NCBI GenBank assembly: GCA_934130085.1
Contig: CAKOXK010000002.1
Span: 97,049-161,048, forward strand
Direction of reading: 5' to 3'
DNA from: an uncultured Clostridia bacterium
GTDB taxonomy: Bacteria; Bacillota; Clostridia; TANB77; CAG-508
DNA: 64,000 nucleotides
Notes under the pieces: model-generated
The model's input: only the letters and a program-made list of their open reading frames with translations
Databases searched by the model: none
What the model was told of the DNA's origin: nothing
Part shown: positions 57,591 to 64,000 of the stretch, one piece after another
How positions within the stretch are numbered: position 1 is the first letter of the stretch
How the letters are laid out: each line of letters begins with the position of its first letter
Program-made: the position numbers and the translations under genes

Positions 57591-58220
57591 ATGGTTTCTA
57601 AAAATAAAGCCTATTTAATTTATCAAAAATTACATGAAGCATATCCAAATTCAAAATGCAGCCTCGATTTTCAAACTCCGTTTGAGATGCTGGTAGCTGT
57701 TTGTTTATCTGCTCAATGCACTGATGCACGTGTAAATATCGTGACTAAAGACCTGTTTAAAAAATATCATACACCAAAAGATTTTGCCGAAGCTCCTTTA
57801 TCTGATATAGAAAAAATGATTCATTCTTGTGGTTTTTATAAAAATAAGGCTAAAAATCTTAAAGCTGCTGGAATGAAAATTCAAAAAGATTTTAATGGAG
57901 TAGTTCCAAATTCATTTGATGAATTACTTTTAATTCCTGGGGTTGGAAGAAAAAGTGCCAATGTTATTATGCTTGAAGCATTTGACAATCCTCAAGGAAT
58001 TGCTGTTGACACTCATTGTAAACGTTTAGCTAATAGATTGGGACTTTCACATGAAAGCAATCCATCAAAAATTGAACAAGATTTGTTAAAAGAGTTTCCA
58101 AAAAGCAATTGGAAAAATATTAACCACTTATTTATAGACCATGGTAGAGCAATTTGTCATTCGAAAAATCCAAATTGCAAAGATTGTGTATTAAAAGATA
58201 TTTGTGATTATAACCTATAA
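57591..58220 (+). CDS. nth: Endonuclease III
   Basis: 209 aa with the HhH-GPD 'LIPGVGRKSANVI' and the 4Fe-4S cluster 'CHSKNPNCKDCVLKDIC'. Confidence 0.92.
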   Translation: MVSKNKAYLIYQKLHEAYPNSKCSLDFQTPFEMLVAVCLSAQCTDARVNIVTKDLFKKYHTPKDFAEAPLSDIEKMIHSCGFYKNKAKNLKAAGMKIQKDFNGVVPNSFDELLLIPGVGRKSANVIMLEAFDNPQGIAVDTHCKRLANRLGLSHESNPSKIEQDLLKEFPKSNWKNINHLFIDHGRAICHSKNPNCKDCVLKDICDYNL

Positions 58221-58271
58221 ATTTATTTTAGATATAATAAAATTCTAAAGCCAATAAAATAATTTCTATTT

Positions 58272-58320
58272 AAAATCAGAGCTTTCTTACTCTTTGTAAG
58301 TTTTGCTCTGATTTTTAATT
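58272..58320 (+). terminator. nth intrinsic terminator; homologous to the hairpin inside invertible element Inv4
   Basis: 'atcagagc-N22-gctctgat' followed by 'ttttt'. The ~75-bp block 58262-58340 matches 60455-60530 inside the Inv4 segment. Confidence 0.6.
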
Positions 58321-58361
58321 TTTATTTACTTTATAAAAAGTTTATTATTATATCCTACATA

Positions 58362-60351
58362 TTATGCATCCCAATATATTCCTCTTTCACCAATAGAAAG
58401 TCCCCATGGTGCATCTGCTATTGAATCTTTTTTCTTTGGTATGTGTACCTCCTTCAAATTATTGCAACTTTCAAATGTTCTTCCATTTAGGCTCTTAATT
58501 GATTCTGGTAAATATAGTTTTGTTAATTTATTACATCCCATAAAAACTTGATTTTCTATTGTTTGTACATCTTTATTAAGTTTCAAATCTGTCATTTCAT
58601 ATTGATCTGCAAAACAAAATGCATAAATTCTTGTTATACCACTTTTTAACGTAAATTCTCCTTTAATTTTATATAATACAGAATAAATTATTTTATCATC
58701 TTTTGAATACAAAATATCATTTTCAACTTTTAAATAAGGATTATCATTTGATACATTTACTTTTACTCCAATTGAACCTCTAAAAGCCCATGTTGAAAAA
58801 TTTTTTACTTTGCTTCCAATATTTAATGTTTTTACCTTTCTACCGGCTGTTGATGTAATAGCTGCTCCAAAATATGTTACTGTATCAGGAATATTTATTA
58901 CTGTGGCATTTAAACAACCTTGAAATGGATAGTCACTATTAATTGTTTCAACTTTTTCAGTTAATGTTATTTCTGCTGCATCAGAAAAACAATATACTAG
59001 ATTTATAGGAGATTTTTTGGTATAAATACATTTTTCACTTACTTTAAAGTTTTCATTTTTATCATCTATAATAATGTTTTTAAGTGTTTTAGGATATTTT
59101 GAACCAACTTCAGGCAATTTTTCAATTGATTGTGGTACCTTTAATGTTGTTATTTTTAAATTACTAAAATAAGTATCAAACTCCTTCGTTCCATCTGGAA
59201 TACTAAGTTCTGTTTTGCCTTCATAATATTTACTAGATAAAAAAACAATTTTTCTATTTTCTCCTTTAGTTTGTAGCATACCGTTACTGTATTCATAACT
59301 TGCGTTGCTAGGATCTATTTTTATATCTACTAGGGATTTGCACTTTCCGAATGCTTCTGAAGAAATATTATTTACTTTTTTGGTTATTTTTATATTTTTT
59401 AAATTTACATCATTATAAAATGCACATGCTGAGATTGTTTCAGTATTATTCCCATCAAATGTCACATCATTTAGTTTTGTACATGAATGAAATGTTCCGC
59501 CAACCTAAGTATTTTATTTGTGGAGGAATATTTACTTTTTCAAGTGTAGTACATGCATAAAATACTTGATTACCTAAATAATTTAATGAGCATGGCAATT
59601 TTATTTCTTTTATATTTGTGCATCCCTGAAATGCAGCACCTCCTAATCCTTCACATCCTTCGACAGTTCCATCAGAATTTTCTTTTGTTTCAAATATTAC
59701 TTCTTCAATTTCTGCATTATTATAAAATGCTTGTGCTTTTATTTCTTTGCATGAATACGGAATTACTACCTTCTTTAATCCTGCTGTATTTGAAAATGCT
59801 CCTGCTCCTATTGATGTTACTGTTTCTGGTAAAGTTAGTGTTCCTTGACTATCCATTAACATTAAGTTTGTTTCTGATGATTTTAGTTCTCCTCCTTCAT
59901 CTATGTTGTATGGATTTATTTCTATTCCTGATGTTTTTGCTATTTCTAACATTGCTTTATCTTGTGATTTGTATAGTAGCTCTCCTTTTATTACTTCAAA
60001 ATTATCTATATATTCTTCTTTTAAGTCTTTTATTATTGTTTTTATATTTCCACCTTGTTTCTTTTCTTCCTCTGTTTTGGTGTTATATGTTAATGAATCT
60101 TTTCCGGCATTTAGGCTTTCTATATAAAAGTTTTCATTTGATATTATTTTTTCTGTTTTATATAATTCAAATTCTTCACTATACTTTGTAAAGTCAACTA
60201 TTATGGCTGCTTTTTTCGTTTTTGATAATAATCCATTGTTACTCAATGTTTGTGTTAATGTTATTCCTGCTATTATTAACATTACTATTATTGTGATTAC
60301 AAGAACGATTAATGTAATTGCATTTTCTGCTTTATTTTTAGAGCTTTTCAT
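58362..60351 (-). pseudogene. Pilin-like N-terminus fused to BspA-type leucine-rich repeats; split by an apparent +1 frameshift near 59497-59505
   Basis: The upstream ORF (59467..60351) has 'AENA|ITLIVLVITIIVMLIIAGITL' and LRR_5-like 'SIGAGAFSNTAGLKKVVIP...AFQGCTNIKEIKLP'. The downstream ORF (58362..59465) continues the same repeats. The junction frame reads 'IKYLGGGTFHSCTKLNDVTFDG' if one T in 'aggttggcgg' is removed. Confidence 0.6.
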
Positions 60352-60420
60352 TTTTTAGTTATCTCCTTATAAAATCTAGCAAAGCATTGGTATTACTGAG
60401 CTTAACGTGCTTTTTCATTT

Positions 60421-60623
60421 TTAATTAAGCTTTTAGATTAATTAAAAAATAAAAATCAGGGCTTCCTTACTCTCTGTAAGTTTTGCTCTGATTTTTAATT
60501 TTTATTTACTTTATAAAAAGTTTATTACACAATTTTTACACAGGCTGCGTAATCATTGATTTTACAAGGCTTTCGTGATATTTTAGCATTGTTAAATTTT
60601 AATTAATCTAAAAGCTTAATAAA
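60421..60623. promoter_or_regulatory. Invertible DNA element Inv4 (orientation X), upstream of the LRR pilin-like gene
   Basis: IR-A 'ttaattaagcttttagattaattaa' (60421-60445) and IR-B 'ttaattaatctaaaagcttaataaa' (60599-60623). The segment is homologous and co-oriented with Inv2 and Inv3. It contains a strong bidirectional hairpin 'aaaaatcagggc...gctctgattttt'. Confidence 0.8.
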
Positions 60624-60726
60624 AAAGTTGATAATCTTGTTTCTAGACTTTTCCCTTATTTTGTATTAAAATAAAGACTGTATTTTAAATATAATTTTTT
60701 AATAAAATGTAGAAAGTGAATGTATT

Positions 60727-60927
60727 ATGGTTTCTAAAAATAAGGCCTATTTAATTTATCAAACATTACATGAAGCATATCCAAATTCAAAATGCAGCCT
60801 CGATTTTCAAACTCCATTTGAAATGCTGGTAGCTGTTTCTTTTTCTGCTCAATGCCCTGATGCACGTGTAAATATCATGACTAAAATATCATACACCAAA
60901 AGATTTTTCCTAAGCTCCTTTATCTGA
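60727..60927 (+). pseudogene. Truncated duplicate of the nth 5' region (part of a ~340-bp duplication 60641-60976 of 57505-57868)
   Basis: 'MVSKNKAYLIYQTLHEAYPNSKCSLDFQTPFEMLVAV' is ~95% identical to the nth N-terminus, including its upstream leader. A 28-bp internal deletion and loss of homology after 60976 truncate the copy. Confidence 0.75.
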
Positions 60928-61052
60928 TATAGAAAAAATGATTCATTCTTGTGGCTTTTATAAAAATAAAGCTAAGAATTATTAATATTAAAGTACAAAA
61001 AAGAACCTGCCTTTTTATATGACAGGTTCTTTCTTAGCATTTTTCACTTAAA

Positions 61053-61607
61053 CTAAAAAATAATTCGTATCGGATCTGTTATTACGTACTCTTTTATGTT
61101 ATACATCTTTAACAGTTTACTAGCATATAAATATATCTTAGCAATGTATTTGGAAAGGTTCTCAATATAATCTACAGCAAATATACTTTCTCTAGTATTA
61201 ATATTTTTTTCATTAAGACTATGTACACCTGTCTTAATTTGAAGAACAGCATTCCCATTTTCATCATTAGAAAAATGTGCAAATGTAGTAAATAATCCAA
61301 CTTGTATTTGGTTTATTTCAACATAGCAAGCACATAATTCATCACACCGGTGTATCTTTACATTTATTTCCTTGATATAGTCGCTCATCCATCTTGAAAC
61401 TCCAGGAAACTCATATTTCCTCTCTAAATATACAATTATTTGTAAATCATCAACTATGTCATCATTAATATGTATTGCCTTTTCTTCCTTCGTAAAATTT
61501 TGATCTTCCTTTATTGCCTTTATCAACCTTTTCAAAGATGTGGTAGTAACCTTGTTTGATGGTTCCCAACACTCAAATTGCTCTACTCTAAGTTCATCAT
61601 CAAACAT
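61053..61607 (-). CDS. Hypothetical protein
   Basis: 184-aa ORF with no recognisable motifs. Confidence 0.35.
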   Translation of the reverse strand: MFDDELRVEQFECWEPSNKVTTTSLKRLIKAIKEDQNFTKEEKAIHINDDIVDDLQIIVYLERKYEFPGVSRWMSDYIKEINVKIHRCDELCACYVEINQIQVGLFTTFAHFSNDENGNAVLQIKTGVHSLNEKNINTRESIFAVDYIENLSKYIAKIYLYASKLLKMYNIKEYVITDPIRIIF

Positions 61608-61869
61608 AATATCTCCTCCTTCTTTAAGTAAAAAATGTTATAGCCATAAATAAATGGCTTTAGTAATAATACAATTACAGTCAAATTATAACACTTTTAA
61701 ACGTATAAATCAATTATGTAAAGTTCTTGAGTGGATTATAAATATTGTAAAGTCGTTAACCCTTTACTAGAATTTATTCTCTTGATTAAGCTTAAAAACT
61801 TATATGTCTGTCATCATTTTTATTTTAGATTTCTTCTTATTTTTTTAGTGATTACTATCTTTTACGTTT

Positions 61870-63966
61870 TTATATTAAAGTGACTCTGAATCCTATATGA
61901 TAAATATTATAACCATTAACTCCTAAGAAACCAAACATTCCACATTCATCTGCTTTTCTATAGCTTCCACTTCTAATAAAAAATGGTGCCTCCTGTGCTG
62001 GAAATTGGGATACTCCTGAGTACCATGACGATATATCTGTTCCTTTAGTTGAGGTTTCTCTTATTGCATCTCCATATATTTTACTACTAGCTTCATAATT
62101 AGCTTGACTTTTTTTGTCATTTGTATCTGTGGAACTGGTTTCATTACTTGGATAAACTGTTGTATATTTAGTACTTTTATCTCCATCTTGCGTCATACTT
62201 GCCCCGAATGTGCTTCTCGCCCATGAACCAGTTGAATTATTTATATATGCAGCAACTCTTTCCCAGGTTCCCCCACGCATATCATATACTCCATAAATAT
62301 TTCCAGTGGTTGATGCCGAATTACCTCTTGTTATAGTTGCATCATTCCATACTTTTCCCTCATTATTATATCCTGTCCCCGCATACACATGAGTTGCAAC
62401 CCCAGAATTATTGAAGTTCTTATTATTTGTTGCTATTTCAGTCTTTTCTAATCCATACCAACTTTGACTTAAATAAACTACTGCTCCCCATTCGCTATTT
62501 TTTATTAGGTGGCTATCTGTATCGCTTGCTAATCCATAAATATTTCCAGTAGCAGTTAATTTTTTTGGTAACAAGTATGCATCATTTGGGCTTATGTAGT
62601 TCATAGAATAACTGGATCCTTGGAACGTTGGATATTTAATTGAGGTAGTTGTTGCTCCATATATTCCATCTACATGGTTTCTGGCAGTTACCCAATAGTC
62701 ACTCGTTACAGTTGGGTTTTCTGTTTTTGCAATATCCCATGGTGCCCATACTTTTGAATAGAAATAATTTATTTCACTTGATACATTACATTTATTCGCT
62801 GTTACATTTGCTTTTAATATTCCATCATCTTCCTTTATTGCATAAGCTGCTTCAAATTTTGCAACCCATATTCCATACAATTCTGAATCCCATCCACCAT
62901 TTCTGTATCCTATTGAGCTTTCATTTGTAAATGCTGGATGAACTGTGTAACCTGTTGTTGTATCAACTATGTCATTTATTGATTGGCAACGTTTTGCTGT
63001 ACCCTCTTTCCCATTATCGTCATAATATTTGTCTGTTAATCCATCTAGAAATACTATACTTGTCGTTCCTTTTTGTTCTTTATCTGATGAATCAGGCTTG
63101 TTTATTCTATATGCAAACCTTGGTATCCATACCCATAAGCTACCATCTTCTGTTCTTGCATTTGCCCATCTTTTTTCACAATAATTATACCAATTTGCAT
63201 CGTCTGCAGTTGTCGTAACCGTTTTTCTTTCACCTTTTCCGTTTGTTACTTCAAATTTTACTGGAGTCATTCCTTTCTTTAACACAGGTGTATTTGCTCT
63301 ACACTTTGTATTCATTGTAACTTTTGTATAAGCTTCTGGAAGTCTATAATAAATGTATTCTTTTCCAGATGCACCACTTTTATATTTAACTCCCTCTGTA
63401 TAATAAATGGTTCTACTTTCTCCATTTATAATATATACATCTTTTGTATTTAATTCAGTTAACATTGCACTTATTCCATAATTATTATTTCCATAATTTA
63501 AATCAGCTAATCCAATTCCATATTTAGATTTCAAATTCTTTTTAAGCTTACTTGCGTCTATTACATAGTAATCTTCTTTGTCATTTGGATTTTTTACTAC
63601 ATCCTTTGAAGTTTTTTGTGCTCCAATTTCACCTTGATTAATATATAAAAATGAACTTGAACCTGTGTCTCCTGTATACCTTGGACCTATTTTTGAAATA
63701 TTGTCATTCTCTCCATATACTTGTGAAATACTTTCTTCTAGATTTGTTATGTCATTTTTTAACTTTGTAAATTTATCTGTCTCACTAACTGTTTTTATGT
63801 TTGAAATACAAGGAATTGCAATCATCATAAGAACAACAATTGTTACAGCCATTGCGACTAAAGTTACCCCAGATTCTTGCTTTCTATCTTTGTTAATTGA
63901 TTTTCTATTGTTAATACAATTTTCACCGCTTATCTCAATATTTTTTATTCTTTCTAAAGTTTTCAT
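61870..63966 (-). CDS. Pilin-like N-terminus fused to an FGE-sulfatase (formylglycine-generating-enzyme-like, C-type-lectin fold) domain
   Basis: N-terminus 'KQESG|VTLVAMAVTIVVLMMIA'. The C-terminal half has FGE-family motifs 'NIYGVYDMRGGTWERV' (compare GLYDMSGNVWEW), 'RSGSY' and a terminal 'IGFRVTLI' (compare GFRCV). Confidence 0.65.
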   Translation of the reverse strand: MKTLERIKNIEISGENCINNRKSINKDRKQESGVTLVAMAVTIVVLMMIAIPCISNIKTVSETDKFTKLKNDITNLEESISQVYGENDNISKIGPRYTGDTGSSSFLYINQGEIGAQKTSKDVVKNPNDKEDYYVIDASKLKKNLKSKYGIGLADLNYGNNNYGISAMLTELNTKDVYIINGESRTIYYTEGVKYKSGASGKEYIYYRLPEAYTKVTMNTKCRANTPVLKKGMTPVKFEVTNGKGERKTVTTTADDANWYNYCEKRWANARTEDGSLWVWIPRFAYRINKPDSSDKEQKGTTSIVFLDGLTDKYYDDNGKEGTAKRCQSINDIVDTTTGYTVHPAFTNESSIGYRNGGWDSELYGIWVAKFEAAYAIKEDDGILKANVTANKCNVSSEINYFYSKVWAPWDIAKTENPTVTSDYWVTARNHVDGIYGATTTSIKYPTFQGSSYSMNYISPNDAYLLPKKLTATGNIYGLASDTDSHLIKNSEWGAVVYLSQSWYGLEKTEIATNNKNFNNSGVATHVYAGTGYNNEGKVWNDATITRGNSASTTGNIYGVYDMRGGTWERVAAYINNSTGSWARSTFGASMTQDGDKSTKYTTVYPSNETSSTDTNDKKSQANYEASSKIYGDAIRETSTKGTDISSWYSGVSQFPAQEAPFFIRSGSYRKADECGMFGFLGVNGYNIYHIGFRVTLI

Positions 63967-64000
63967 TAAAAAGAACCTCCTTGAAAGTTTCTTTCACAAT

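Overview
This window is a low-GC, spore-forming Clostridia-type chromosomal segment, with nearly all genes on the minus strand. Sporulation genes present are spoVAC/AD/AE, a SipL-like DUF3794+LysM coat protein and a YunB-like gene.

The conserved backbone is:
- SPFH protein, rarA, ruvA
- dodecin and spoVAC-spoVAD-spoVAE
- rplS-trmD-rimM-KH-rpsP-ffh-ylxM
- a TIGR01212 radical-SAM gene, rpe
- prkC-stp-rlmN, trxA/trxB
- alaS-like, a MiaB-family methylthiotransferase, ylmH, murT, hisS, rel, recJ, veg, nth

Three accessory regions stand out.

(1) 14.0-24.9 kb. A tandem array of five genes encodes proteins with a non-canonical type-IV-pilin-like N-terminal segment ('G|ITIIALVITIIVLLILAGITI', no Glu5). 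Three near-identical ~750-aa paralogs carry lectin-fold-like domains.
- Each of the three large paralogs ends in a ~170-bp adenine-depleted, GC-rich 3' region. Differences between paralogs there follow the adenine-specific [N][N]Y codon pattern of diversity-generating retroelement (DGR) variable regions. No template repeat or reverse transcriptase lies in the window.
- The array is interleaved with four ~200-bp invertible cassettes bounded by 25-bp inverted repeats (TTAATTAA-N9-TTAATTAA), plus one solo site. One cassette is in the opposite orientation to the other three, indicating site-specific DNA inversion (phase variation). No recombinase is in the window.
- The same N-terminal module is fused to BspA-type LRR repeats (58.4-60.4 kb, frameshifted, carrying its own invertible cassette and flanked by a duplicated nth 5' fragment) and to an FGE-sulfatase domain (61.9-64.0 kb).

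(2) 34-39 kb, next to tRNA-Gln/tRNA-His: a Fic protein, an R-S-ExE ADP-ribosyltransferase-domain protein, a Zn-ribbon hypothetical, glycosyltransferases and a sortase.

(3) Six copies of a ~125-bp structured MITE/REP-like repeat with 14-18-bp terminal inverted repeats and a covarying internal stem, scattered in intergenic regions.

Other points:
- Low-complexity Asn/Lys/Glu-rich insertions in several housekeeping proteins
- Three apparent frameshifts (pepE, yunB-like, the LRR pilin-like gene)
- A short 583-aa AlaRS-like gene
- An Rpn-family nuclease/transposase next to the variable locus
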